Shown in pieces: positions 28,801-42,200 of a stretch of 64,000 nucleotides of DNA. The translations under genes were made by a program, and so were the position numbers. The notes beneath the pieces were generated by a model, which did no database searches, was not told where the DNA came from, and saw only the letters and a program-made list of their open reading frames with translations. Source of the DNA: Antedon mediterranea (taxonomy: Eukaryota > Animalia > Echinodermata). Location of the stretch: contig NC_092678.1 in NCBI RefSeq assembly GCF_964355755.1, positions 17,358,714 through 17,422,713 of the forward strand, in the 5' to 3' direction. Positions within the stretch are counted from its first letter, which is position 1, and every line of letters starts with the position of its first letter.

Positions 28801-31430
28801 AATTTTGCTGTGTAAAAAAGTATCTATTTTATTAATTTCTAAATACAAAGAAAAAATAACAACAAAATATCTATATTGTGCCAACAGAGGCCAAAAAGAC
28901 TTATGTCCAATTAGGCGTGTCACTCTGACAGTGAAACAATTACAAGGTATAATTGATATAATACTAATTTAATGTTACTTCATCTCGTATTATCATTATT
29001 TGCATGTTTTAGCTGTTTTTCATTAACTGTCTTTGCATCATTATAACAATGTTTTATCTAGATTGACTGTAATCATGTTGTACTTTCCATATCATATGAT
29101 TTTTAGATGTAGATCAATATCTACGATACAATACAACCGTTAAATGACGATGATCCATGTATTCTGCTATATTTTTATTTTTCATTATGGCCGCCGATGG
29201 TGCTACAGTAACTGAATTAAAGAGTCTTATTCGCAAACAATACCAAAATAGAAAAACTCAAAAAGAGTATAAGAAAGATATTACGTTTGGACGTATCACA
29301 CATGAAACAGACAAGTATTCCGTAGAAGTATTAATTCCTAAAATAAAATAATTGTTTTTATGAGGCATAGAGTTAAACTGACGTTTTCATGAGAAGAAAA
29401 TATATAATATTTGTTCTACGTGCACAATAAGCTTATTACAACACTATTGCAGATTATACGTACGGTGAATCGATGACGGGTCGGAGACGAACCGAACGGA
29501 TCATCCAGGATTTCTGAAAAATCTGGCCAAGTGCACACACTTTGCGCAGCATTGTACGAAGGCGTGTGTATATTTGTTTTCGTATCTAATTTTGGCTTTC
29601 AAAAATGGTAGCGCAAAGCAATCGCTACTCCTGGATCCGCCCGCCGGAATATTTTGACATAAAATGATAGAGGTTCAGACGTTCTGTGGTACATTTAAAT
29701 TGTATTATTTGTATGTTCCCTTTAAACTTCATCTTAATTTCAAATATAATAATATCAATAAAGTAATAATGTTTACTTAGAAGTGTGTCAGTTATCCAGC
29801 ACTGAAGAAAACAAACTCAGAAAAAATTTAAACACATGTGACCACGTTATTTGAACATTTTAAAGCTAAGTGAGTTAATTAATGAGATGTAAAGCACATT
29901 GAAGGCCAGTAACGTCGCTAATAGTTCCACTGGAAATACGCCTTTTCACGATATGGAAGACATCTTCTTCGATGGATGACAAAATAATAATATGAGCAAA
30001 GCGTAGCCAATGGTTCTGTCCACAACAGATTGTGGACAAGCCCATAATAACGACCATATTAATGTCAAAGGCAAAGTTACTAAAACATTCATAACTGATT
30101 AATGGCGGACAGTCATAATGAAATTCCAAAAATGTTAGTCACCTTAAGCATACTATTTTGTCCCCTCCGAAGAAATGTATATTGAGTGGTTAGTTTGATT
30201 ATTCTACATGTTGACTTACATAATAAAACCATCGAAATATGTTACTGTAAACGTTCACAAATGTGTGCTTATAATGGTCTGGTTCGGTTTTATCAAAGAA
30301 ATACTGTGAACATTCTAACAAATCTCGCCCTTTCTCCAAGTATTATTCAATGTTAATTTAATTTTTAAAAAAAATTGATTAAACATGTAGATTATTTATT
30401 ATTTAAAAAGGCAACCAGTGAACGTTACTGGTGAGAGAACCACTAACACCGTGGCGTGTCTCGACATCCAGTCCATGGTGTTTAAAGTTAGAATACACTG
30501 CTCCAGGAAGACGCTACCTTAATCCACGTTAGGGTTAAATGAGCACTGTCTGTAAGACTCTGTTATGCAGAAATGTATATCAAATGAAAACGAAAAGGAA
30601 AGTCTGGAGTTGTGACTAACCATCTATTTCAGCCAAACAAAAAATGGAACATACTCTATCGACAAAATAGGGACCAAATCAGAACCCATCAAGATCATAT
30701 GTATAACTCGACTGCTGATAAATGACGAACTTAAGCTATTTACACTCTACCACTGTAAGGAGCTCGAAAGCAGAGATGAATAAATGAATGGATGATAACA
30801 TTAATAACTTGCACAACTATATCCTAATTGATAATGAAATAAACATGAACTATATTAATAACATTACAATTGTTAACTGAACTGAAGTACATGATGAACA
30901 ACCACTATTTAGTTTTATAATGAACTTCTGTAATATGAACAAATTGAAACTACTTAATTTGTATTTTTACATTACTTTATTGCATTGTCAAAAACCAACG
31001 TAATGAAATATTAGAATATAGGCCTACAGCACCGGATATTTATGATAACGTGATCTAAGGATTATTTGAATAGACACCACACCTAGGAAATTGAATACAA
31101 CAATTCTGTAGTCAAAATTAAACTGGTTTCTTGTGATAGCTTCAACAAGCATTATTGACATGAGTAGTGTACTCCATATTATTGGTATGATATACTTAAG
31201 TCCCTCAGGATATAGTTAAAGTTACGGGACTTATTATTAATAGTTTTTCGTTAGTAAATTGACACTTTATACTGCCTTAGTAGGTTCCGCTGAACCTTAG
31301 AATCAGGCAAACCTTCAAATATCATATCTTATATTATGTCTAATTTCATAATTAACATTATTGCCTTGCAATGTAAATCAGCAGTCTTTACATTTTTTGG
31401 ATGCATACAATTATAAGAAGAAACACTTAC

Positions 31431-31502
31431 AGTATTTGCAAAGATGTTAAACCACCAAATACATTTGCAGGCAATGATTGTATGTTGTTTTCGTATAAAT
31501 AC
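31431..31502 (-). CDS. LRR exon (72 nt): YLYENNIQSLPANVFGGLTSLQIL
   Basis: gaag acceptor, GTAAGT donor, phase 2-2, LRR consensus. Confidence 0.9.
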
Positions 31503-32038
31503 CTTCAACAACAAAAAGAAACAAAAGTTAGTAATTAAACATTCACGAGCTGTTTTGAAGGATGTCATCTTTGTTTTTGGACACAAAAATAAATTAAAAT
31601 ATGTTGGGCGTATAGAATAGGTGTCTGTGGAAATTAATATATGGCCGATAACGTTACGAACGTTTGGTTATTACACAAATGAAAATGAAAAAATAAAGTG
31701 CATGATCGAATAGTTTTAGGGTTCTAAGATGGAGAAATAGACATCAAACTCGTCTGCTGTCATTCGCCTGAAAGTCAATATATAAACGGTCAGGCCGTTA
31801 TTATAAATGATAAAAAACGTAGTAAAAGTGTAGTAGTATACTTAAACTTAATTTAAACTTTTCATAAAATGTCGATTGATGTTACGTATGAAGTGATATC
31901 CGGGAACATTGCGTCAAGTTTATCGAACAATTTGGGTACGAACTTTCAAAACCGCTTTACCATGCCATTAAGTAATTGTTCATATAAAGAATCGAGTCAA
32001 ATGGCCGAGCGGTTCAGGCACGGGCGCCGTTTACCGTA

Positions 32039-35000
32039 CTCTCTTAATGTAAAAGAGTGAGAAACCACTCAAACTAGAGTGAACTTCCACTCTTTCAAAG
32101 AGTTAACTGAGGGACAACTCGTTTTGGAGTGAAAAAAAGAGTGGTCACCAAATCACTCTAAAATGAGTGAAACCAACTCTAGAAAGAGTGAACATTTTCA
32201 TCACTCTTTTAACAAGAGTGGAAATAATACACTCATAAAAGAGTGAAAGTGACCCACTCTTTCAAAAAGAGTGAAAATAATCAACTCATAAAAGAGTGAA
32301 AGGAAACCACTCTTTTTAGGAGTGGTATTTTTAGCGTATTCTTTTTCTACTTGTATCTTCTGTCTGCAAGGCTGCTTCTGAGATCCCAAACTTGGTAGTA
32401 GCCTTAAAAACATGCATTTAAAACACAATTGTGCACAGCCAAATAAATGAAACCGACATTGAGCTATATTAATTTGTTTATTTTGAAAAGCAAATCTCTT
32501 CTCTATACATAATGCATAATTAAGAGGTAATTTAAATTCATCAAAAACATTTCATCTCAGTTACTCATCATCGCGAATAAGATGGGAATATAACTCCCTA
32601 ACAGTTGGTTTGATATTTGTTGTAATTTCGTATAAGAGACCTTCAAAGAAATTGAAAAAGGTCACAAGCGGACTGGCAAATGGACATTAACTATAATTAT
32701 AATGAATTTTAAAAAGTCGATCAATTGCCTGAACAATTGCGCTACCACCAGGAATGCATCAACAATAATAAAAAAAAACTCTGTAGGTTCTTTAACATCA
32801 CCCAATGCAAGGATAAATGGCTGTAAATAAGTCTGGTCTTTTCCTGATGCAAAGCTGTCAACATCTGTCCCAGCCTGAAAAATATAAAAATACAGTATAA
32901 AAAGCTGAAAAATATGAATTTATCACAAATCCTCCGTACTTTAGTCTATTATTTATCACATAATAAACACTACAATTTTGTATCTTTAATCACCTTGTTA
33001 ATATACTGATCAACAATGCACGCTTGTTTTTGATCAGATGGTTTAAATTTCAATTTGGTATACTGCACATTACAAGTTTACACAATGTGTGAGCTAAAGG
33101 CAGTTCCCAGTTGCCTTCCTTCTTTTCTTATTTAACTTCAACATTTCCACATATGCAGAAAATAAATCGTTTTTAACCAGGTTTGATCTCCAGATACAAA
33201 ATTATGCTGCTGTGAAAAGGGTTTTTATACAACAGTAATCTTGTGAGAAGTAAAGGAGAAGATGACATTTTATTGGGGCTCATTTAATGTATAATCACAT
33301 ACTGTGTTTCAATTTTGAGATATAATATTTTCATATACTAAGAGTATTTTACAAAGAATGAAACACAAATTTTGTATAGATCTATTGCAATTTAATGATG
33401 GAATTATAAAAACGTTTAACAAGTACTCACTGGCTTGTGTTGTAAAATGTAATGAAAAGCATCGTAGACTTTGCTTTTCCCACCTCTTGATATTGATGGT
33501 AATTGTTCTGAACACATCCAGATCATCTGCAAAAACAGTAAATGCACTTAACGTTACAGTAATTGCTTGTTTCTGTTTTTAGCATTTTGTAAACCATCTT
33601 TTTATTTAAAATGTACTAAGGTTATTGTATATTTTTTTAATCAATCAATACACTTTACAATGTAATGTTTTATATCGATGTATAAACAGGGAAGAGTATA
33701 TTCCCTGACGCAAAAACTTTGTTGTTACGCAATTAACAACAATTATCATCGTTGGTACAGTTCCTGCTGCTTACTTGGGCTCGAATTCAACCCCAGCCAT
33801 CAGCGCAAGCTCGGTGGTCTAGAGGCCTGATGATCTGGAGGCTGTGGGTTTCCACCCAAGAACTTGCATATTTGTTCGCAATTGTTTTCAAATGTATTGA
33901 ATATTCGGTACACATTACGTCAGAGTTGGGCAAAACATCTTCCTATTAGTGTAAATAAGTTATTAAATAAAACAGGTAAGAATTAACAATCTTTATAAAC
34001 TTACTGAGTTTTGATTTATGCATCAGCACAAACTTGGGATGGTAATATGGCTTCCATTTGATTAACATTTTGAATCCGCATCCTGAATACATCAGTTCAA
34101 ATTCCAAGTTAATCTGAAACATTGAAAATATTACTACTGTAGGGGCCTAGGCTAATCAACCTAAAATTTTCAGAAATTTATTTTGTTAAATATTTATTTT
34201 ATATCCTATGAGAAATGATTCACAGAATCAAAGTAAAGTTGAATGAGTAAATTAGTACCATTTTACTCTTAAATTAATCATTCAGAAACATGACATAAAT
34301 TTCTCAGAATATAGGCCTAGTATCTTAGCTACCTAGCCTAGGCCTAGCTAGGCATAGGCCTAGGTCTACTAGAATAGGCTAGGTCTACAACAGGCTCCTA
34401 GGAGGGCCTGGGCCTAGTAAATAATAAGGCCGCAGCAGAGGGCCATCCGGCCTAGGCCTATGCGCATTGTTCGTTACGGCCACAACAAAAAACGTTTTAT
34501 TTGAATAAGTGAAATTTGTAAATATCATGTGTGTAGCCTAGCCGGGTCTATAATAATTAAAAAAGAGTGGTTGAATAAAGTGAAAACAATATCGTCGTAC
34601 CGTACCCATGCCAAAACAATTTGGGTATGGGTCCGCCTATAGGCTAAATACGAGTTAGCATATGGTGGGGACGAGTTGGTTTGGGTACGCGTTGCCAGCA
34701 CCCTTCCTACTAGGCCTAGCCAGGCTAGCTAGTAGTAGGCTAGGCGTTAGCACACCAGGATTCACACGCAAATAAAACATATTACAAAACAATATAATCA
34801 TTTCTACAATACACGGTAACAAAAGCTACATTTTAAATGTAAATTTACCATTAAATATCCTGATTAAATGTTGATCTTGTTCACCAAATATCTGGTGTAA
34901 AAATTCCTCCATCTCGTTGGAATGCGGCGGTGGGAGAAAGAGAGAGAAACAGTCAATCGGCCGGCCCGGGCGCGCGCGAAGACGATGAAAAGTTATGAAA

Positions 35001-35230
35001 TGCTTGCATTTGATTGGCTGACTCGATCAAAAGTTTTCACTCCCGGAGTCGAGTGGTGGGTGTTTACAGTTCGAGCGGGAATACATGCACACTCGTTGAA
35101 GGAGTGGTACGTTTTATGCTTAATAATTATGGCAGTCGCTCAAATTGGAGTGGATTAACACTCATTCAAGAGTGAACATCATTTCACTCTAAATTTGGAG
35201 TGGAAATATCACTCGTTTACATTAAGAGAG
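32039..35230. mobile_element. 3.2-kb TIR DNA transposon (CMC/EnSpm-like), TA target duplication
   Basis: Perfect TIR CTCTCTTAATGTAAA / TTTACATTAAGAGAG flanked by TA; CACTC/GAGTG subterminal repeats; minus-strand remnant QPFILALG...FFIIVD...AIDRLFKIH...FFNFFEGLLYEI at ~32590-32875. Confidence 0.85.
33702..33940 (+). mobile_element. Short tRNA-containing repeat element, copy 1
   Basis: Reverse-complement homolog of 51771-52035 with a different start point. Confidence 0.7.
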
Positions 35231-35917
35231 TACCTAAAGAACCAACAACATCGACAAAGGTTCGAGGCCGACTCGCTCCTAGTTCTGGTGGTGGAACAAG
35301 TCTTCTCGGATAAGGACTATAAACCGTAGGTCCAGTGTACACAGTTATAACCTGTGTGCACTTTAAAGAACCCAGTTCATTATTCGAAAAGAGTAGGGGG
35401 TTACCCCGGTGAACTGGTTCACAAAATAGCTCTGTATCAGGGGGATTGCCACCTATCTGATAGGACAGTGATTAATCCACTATTGTTAATCCTTGGCCAC
35501 ATTGCCTAAAGACATAAAATTAAAATTAAATATCAATGTAAACGATTCCATGTAGTTCATGTTCTAAAAAACTGCTATTGTTAGCCCTGAAAAAAAGAAC
35601 CTATTATACTTTAACGGACCATTTTCGCTGAACACGTCGTAGATGTTGGTACTTAGCGTTAGTTAGTTTTAAGTTGGACAAAAGCAGTTTATTAACTTTA
35701 AAAGGAGCATCCCAACCATTGCCTGGTCGGCGATCTTTGACTAAACGTCCTAAATATATTTTTGAACAAACAAAGTTAAATCAAATCATCTGAACTCATA
35801 TAGAAACATCTACACATATCATATATCTTATATCACATGCCTAATTTCATAATTAACATGATTAATTTACAATGTAAATCTGCAGCATATTCGAAGTATA
35901 AAATTATAAGAAAACAC

Positions 35918-35975
35918 AGTATTTGCAAAGATTTTTAACCACATTTGCAGGCAATGATTTTCGTCATATAAATAC
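35918..35975 (-). pseudogene. Decayed LRR pseudo-exon, paralog of 31431-31502
   Basis: Same flanks as 31320-31680, but the exon has internal deletions and has lost its donor. Confidence 0.7.
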
Positions 35976-37419
35976 CTTGTAAATGTTGTAAATAAACACA
36001 CGAGCTGTTTTGAAGGATGTCTTTGTTCTGGAAAAAAATAGTTTCACTTGCGTATATGTCAATGATTAACATATAATGGTTGTAAAATAATAAGTGTCAG
36101 TGGAAAATAATAGATGCTGATGTTAACATGCTAATAAAAAAAAAAGAAGAGTGACATTACAAATGTAAGAGTTTAGCTTTATAATGTATTTGTAATAGGT
36201 AGTCTCTGTAGCAAGGGAAAATTCCCACCCGACTAAACATAGCTGAAATAATAGTTGATGTAGACCTAATCTGACCTACATGAATTTTAGAATTGAGAAT
36301 AACCAAACGAATTAAGGAAAATTTTTACAGAAAATCGATGGTATAATGATGATTTATTTGCAGTCTAACAAGTGACAGTATTATCCCTTCTCTTATCTTA
36401 TCTTATCTAGGTCTACTGCAGAATGTGAACGGAAACATCCGTATACGTTTGACAAAAAGTATAAAAAATTATCTATAAAAAGATTTACCAGTTTATAATA
36501 ATCTCATAGCGCCGTTACACACTCACATAATTATTATTTGTTTGTACAATAATGTAAGCAAATAGACTGGAAGATACTAAAGCATTTTTTAAAAACTATA
36601 ACACAATACTACTGTTGTAAGGTCTATGACCCACAAGGGCGTTGATGTTACTGTAATGATCAACAACTGTAACATTAACATTGGTCAAATCAAGTAAACA
36701 TGTTCCTACCAAGAATAACCTGTAATACAAAAAAGTAAACATAATAATACAATTTTAATATACATTTTATTGACAAAAAGAGAGATAGACGTTTCGGTAG
36801 CATCATAGAAACATTTTCAAGATCAAGTGAATCCAAATCAATAATAATTATGTGCACTAAGCACCAAAGTTGGTGACATGAAATGCTACTGAGGGATTGA
36901 AATTATATATTAAACGTCTTTTAATTCATAATAATACAACTTAAAACTATCATTTTAATTATTTTGCAAAAAAACACCAACATATTTTATGTTTTATCCG
37001 CTTTGATTAAGAATAAATGGAATAATTTGTTATTGTTCAGAGTCATACCACAAGGCTTCAATTAAAAAAACATACTTTAACGTACTAATGTTATAGGATC
37101 TAGTATGCCAACAAATTACACCAGGTATGTATGCAACATTTTACTCCAGAAGATGTTAAAATACTCAAGAATAAACTAGCTAAGTAACTGATGGGGGTGA
37201 CAGTGTCGTATCAAAACGTCGTCAAAAAGTCGAGAATAATATGACCGATATCTTATCATTTCTTATTTACAATGATGTTGAATTAAAGAATTCCGACATT
37301 TGCTGCTGTGAACTTATCTAAAATTGCAACTGTTCATATTGGGGCTGTAGATACTGCCTCGTTATATCGTGAGATAAAGAAGATACCATTTGATTTGCAC
37401 TAAGGCGCAGGATTGGTCA

Positions 37420-38960
37420 TAGCAATAAATAGCAAACAAATAGCTGTGTAAATGCTATACCTGATACAGCAATACTAGCAATTAATAGCAAACAAATAGC
37501 TGTGTAATTGCTATACCTTTTACAGCAATAATAGCAAATAATAGCAAAGAAATAGCTGTGTAATTGCTATACCTGATACAGCAATAATAGCAAATAATAG
37601 CAACCAAATAGCTGTGTAATTGCTATACCTGATACAGCAATAATAGCAAATAATAGTAAACAAATAGCTGTGTAATTGCTATACCTGATACAGCAATATT
37701 AATAGCAAATAATAGCAAACAAATAGCTGTGTAATTGCTATACCTTTTACAGCAATAATAGCAAATAATAGCAAACAAATAGCTGTGTAATTGCTATACC
37801 TGATACAGCAATAATAGCAAGTAATAGCAAACAAATAGCTGTGTAATTGCTATACCTGATACAGCAATAATAGCAAATAATTAGCAAACAAATAGCTGTA
37901 TAATTGCTATACCTGATACAGCAATAATAGCAAATAATTAGCAAACAAATAGCTGTGTAATTGCTATACCTAATACAGCAATAATAGCAAAAAATTAGCA
38001 AACAAATAGCTGTGTAATTGCTATACCTGATACAGCAATAATAGCAAAAAATTAGCAAACAAATAGCTGTGTAATTGCTATACCTGATACAGCAATAATA
38101 GCAAATAATAGCAAACAAATAGCTGTGTAATTGCTATACCTGATACAGCAATAATAGCAAATAATTAGCAAACAAATAGCTGTGTAATTGCTATACCTGA
38201 TACAGAAATAATAGCAAATAATTAGCAAACAAATAGCTGTGTAATTGCTATACCTGATACAGAAATAATAGCAAATAATAGCAAACAAATAGCTGTGTAA
38301 TTGCTATACCTGATACAGCAATATTAATAGCAAATAATAGCAAACAAATAGCTGTGTAATTGCTATACCTGATACAGCAATATTAATAGCAAATAATAGC
38401 AAACAAATAGCTGTGTAATTGCTATACCTGATACAGCAATAATAGCAAATAATAGCAAACAAATAGCTGTGTAATTGCTATTGCTGTTCTATCACTATCC
38501 TACTGTGACACATTGGTCACTTGCCTGAAACCTCAGCTATAGCTGCTATAGTTGCTATACCTGATACAGCAATAATACCAATTAATAGCAAACAAATAGC
38601 TGTGTAATTGCTATACCGATCCAGCAATAATATAGCAAATAATAGCAAACAAATAGCTGTATAATTGCTATAATATGATACAGCAATAATAGCAAGTAAT
38701 AGCAATTAAATAGCTGTGTAAGTGCTATATTTTATACAGCATAAATAGCATGGAAATAACTTGCAGTTGCTATAATTGATATAGCCAGGCTGAAAATAGC
38801 CTTGGGATAGCTTTGGTATTATAAACAGCAAACAAATACCTGTGCAATTGCTTCACATCATCTATACAAAACAGGCTGCAAATAGCCTTGGGATAGCTGT
38901 TATATCACTATCCTACTGTGACACATTGGTCACTTGCCTGAAACCTCAGCTATAGCTGCT
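37420..38960. repeat. ~56-57-bp tandem array
   Basis: Unit ATAGCAAACAAATAGCTGTGTAATTGCTATACCTGATACAGCAATAATAGCAAATA. Confidence 0.95.
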
Positions 38961-39264
38961 ATAGTTGCTATATTTCAACTACACCATACCATAGTTAAAG
39001 CCAAATAATATAACAATTACACAATGCTACACTTAAACTGTGTATACTTAAAGGCCAGGTGCGGGCAAGACATTTCTATTGATCATACATTCCAATAATC
39101 ATCGATCTATAGTTTCCCCTATGTTTCATAATTTTTGGGATTTTCTTAGTGTTACACAAGCTTGTTGAAAATAACCACTTTCTTATCAGTGGGGGATAGT
39201 TCAAATTACACAGTAAAATCTCTAAATTCTTTTGTACACAAATTTTTTTAATAAAGGGGCATTT

Positions 39265-42200
39265 TAGTGATGTTTTTTTTAGGGTATACACGTCAGGCGT
39301 TTTACATGAGGGTGGTCAGATCTTGGCGGTTTACATCTGGAGTGATGTTTTTTTTTATTGGTATACACGTCAGGCGTTTCACATGATGGTGGTTAGATCT
39401 TGGCGGTTTACATCTGGAGTGATTTTTTTTTAAGGTTATACTGTACACGTCAGGCATTTTACCTTGGTGGTTTACATCTGGAGTGATGTTTTTTTTAGGT
39501 TATACACGTCAGGCGTTTTACATGAGGGTGTTCAGATCTTGGCGGTTTACATCTGGAGTGATGTTTTTTTTAGGTTGTACACGTCAGGCGTTTTACATGA
39601 GGGTGTTCAGATCTTGGCGGTTTACATCTGGAGTGATGTTTTTTTTAGGTTGTACACGTCAGGCGTTTTACATGAGGGTGGTCAGATCTTGGCTTTTTAC
39701 ATCTGGAGTGATGTTTTTTTTAGGTTGTACACGTCAGGCGTTTTACATGAGGGTGGTCAGATCTTGGTGGTTTTCATCTGGAGTGATGTTTTTTTTTAGG
39801 TTATACACGTCATGCGTTTTACATGAGGGTGGTCAGATCTTGGTGGTTTTCATCTGGAGTGATGTTTTTTTTTAGGTTGTACACGTCAGGCGTTTTACAT
39901 GAGGGTGGTCAGATCTTGGTGGTTTTCATCTGGAGTGATGTTTTTTTTTAGGTTGTACACGTCAGGCGTTTTACATGAGGGTGGTCAGATCTTGGTGATT
40001 TTCATCTGGAGTGATGTTTTTTTTTAGGTTATACACGTCAGGCGTTTTACATGAGGGTGGTCAGATCTTGGTGGTTTACATCTGGAGTGATGTTTTTTTT
40101 AGGGTATACACGTCAGCCGTTTTACATCTTGGCGAATTACATCTGGAGTGATGGTTTTTTTTAGGTTGTACACGTCAGGCGTTTTACATGAGGGTGGTCA
40201 GATCTTGGTGATTTTCATCTGGAGTGATGTTTTTTTTTAGGTTATACACGTCAGGCGTTTTACATGAGGGTGGTCAGATCTTGGTGGTTTACATCTGGAG
40301 TGATGTTTTTTTTAGGGTATACACGTCAGCCGTTTTACATCTTGGCGAATTACATCTGGAGTGATGTTTTTTTTTAGGTTGTACACGTCAGGCGTTTTAC
40401 ATGAGGGTGGTCAGATCTTGGTGATTTTCATCTGGAGTGATGTTTTTTTTTAGGTTATACACGTCAGGCGTTTTACATGAGGGTGGTCAGATCTTGGTGG
40501 TTTACATCTGGAGTGATGTTTTTTTTAGGGTATACACGTCAGCCGTTTTACATCTTGGCGAATTACATCTGGAGTGATGGTTTTTTTTTTAGGTTATTCA
40601 CGTCAGGCTTTTTACATGAGGGTGTTCAGATCTTGCCGGTTTACATCTGGAGTGATGTTTTTTTTTAAGGTTATACACGTCAGGCGTTTCACATCTTTGC
40701 GGTTTTCATCTGGAGTGATGTTTTTTTTGTTAGGTTATACACGTCAGGCGTTTCACATGAAGGGGGGTCAGATCTTGGCGGTTTACATCTGGAGTGATGT
40801 TTTTTTTAGGTTATACACGTCAGGCGTTTTACATGAGGGTGGTTAGATCTTGGCAGTTTATATCTGGAGTGATGTTTTTTTTAGGTTATACACGTCAGGC
40901 GTTTTACATGAGGGTGGTTAGATCTTGGCGGTTTACATCTGGAGTGATGTTTTTTTTTAGGTTATACACGTCAGGCGTTTTACATGAGGGTCGTTAGATC
41001 TTGGCGGTTTACATCTGGAGTGATGTTTTTTTTTAGGTTATACACGTCAGGCGATTTACATGAGGGTGTTCAGATCTTGGCGGTTTACATCAGGAGTGAT
41101 GTTTTTTTTATGGGTATACACGTCAGGCGTTTCACATGAGGGTGGTTAGATCTTGGCGGTTTATGTCAGGATTAATGGTTTTTTTTTAAAGGTATACACG
41201 TCAGACGTTTTACATGAGGGTGGTTAAATCTTTGCGGTTTACATCTGGAGTGATGTTTTTTTTTTAGGTTATACACGTCAGGCGTTTTACATGAGAGTGC
41301 GTGGTCAGATCTTGGCGGTTTACATATGGAATGATGTTTTTTTTAAGGTTATACGCATCAGGCGTTTTACATGAGAGTGGTCAGATCTTGAGTGCGTGGT
41401 CAGATCTTGGCGGTTTACATATGGAATGATGTTTTTTTTAAGGTTATACGCATCAGGCGTTTTACATGAGAGTGGTCAGATCTTGGCGGTTTACATCTGG
41501 AGTGATGTTTTTTTTAAGGGTATAAACGTCAGGCGTTTTACATGAGGGTGGTTAGATCTTGGCGGTTTACATCTGGAGTGATGTTTTTTTTTTAGGTTAT
41601 ACACGTCAGGCGTTTTACATGAGGGTGGTTAGATCTTGGCGGTTTACATCTGGAGTGATGTTTTTTTTTAGGTTATACACGTCAGGCGTTTCACATGAGG
41701 GTGGTTGGATCTTGGCGGTTTACATCTGGAGTGATGTTTTTTTTACGTTATACACGTCAGGCGTTTTACATGAGGGTGGTCAGATCTTGGCGGTTTACAT
41801 CTGGAGTGATGTTTTTTTTAGGTTATACACGTCAGGCGTTTTACATGAGGGTGGTTAGATCTTGCCGGTTTAGGTCAGGAGTAATGTTTTTTTTAAGGGT
41901 ATGCACGTGAGGCGTTTTACATGAGGGTGGATCCATTTCGGCAGTTTACATCAGGAGTGATGTTTTTTTTTAAAGGTATACATGTCAGGCATTTTATACG
42001 AGTGTGGTTAGATCTTGGCGGTTTACATCTGAAGTGATGTTTTTTTTAATGGGTATAAACGTCAGGCATTTCACATGAGGGTGGTTAGATCTTAGCGGTT
42101 TATGTCAGGAGCGTTTTACATCTTGGAGGTTTACACTGGAGTGATTTTTTTTTATAGGTTATACACGTCAGGCGTTTTACATGAGGCTGTTCAGATCTTG

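Larger units (their letters stand above)
22433..28812. mobile_element. Defective CMC/EnSpm-like DNA transposon (~6.4 kb) with subterminal arrays and divergent gene remnants
   Basis: Right terminus is CACAGCAAAA (minus) followed by TA; the host repeat (CAACGGAA...AAAAA.TATCTATTT) is interrupted here and the left TIR is lost. Plus-strand C2H2/transposase N-terminal remnant and minus-strand accessory ORF remnant inside. Confidence 0.75.
6679..29900. repeat. Mosaic of recent 5-6 kb tandem segmental duplications, each carrying one LRR exon
   Basis: 6679-7715 ~ 16526-17573; 7850-10110 ~ 14058-16320; 12110-14150 ~ 18010-20040. The motif ATGGCCGCCGATGGTGCTACAGTAACTGAATT (with variants) occurs six times (~8644, 10240, 14855, 16405, 20672, 29187). 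Confidence 0.9.
31994..35530 (+). mobile_element. tRNA-derived DeuSINE (head 31994-32038, body 35231-35530) split by a DNA transposon
   Basis: A-box TGGCCGAGCGG at ~32002, B-box GGTTCGAGGCC at ~35259, Deu-like core GGATAAGGACTATAAACCG...TTAAAGAACCC...GAGTAGGGGGTTACCCCGGTG, (TAAAAT)n tail. Confidence 0.8.
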
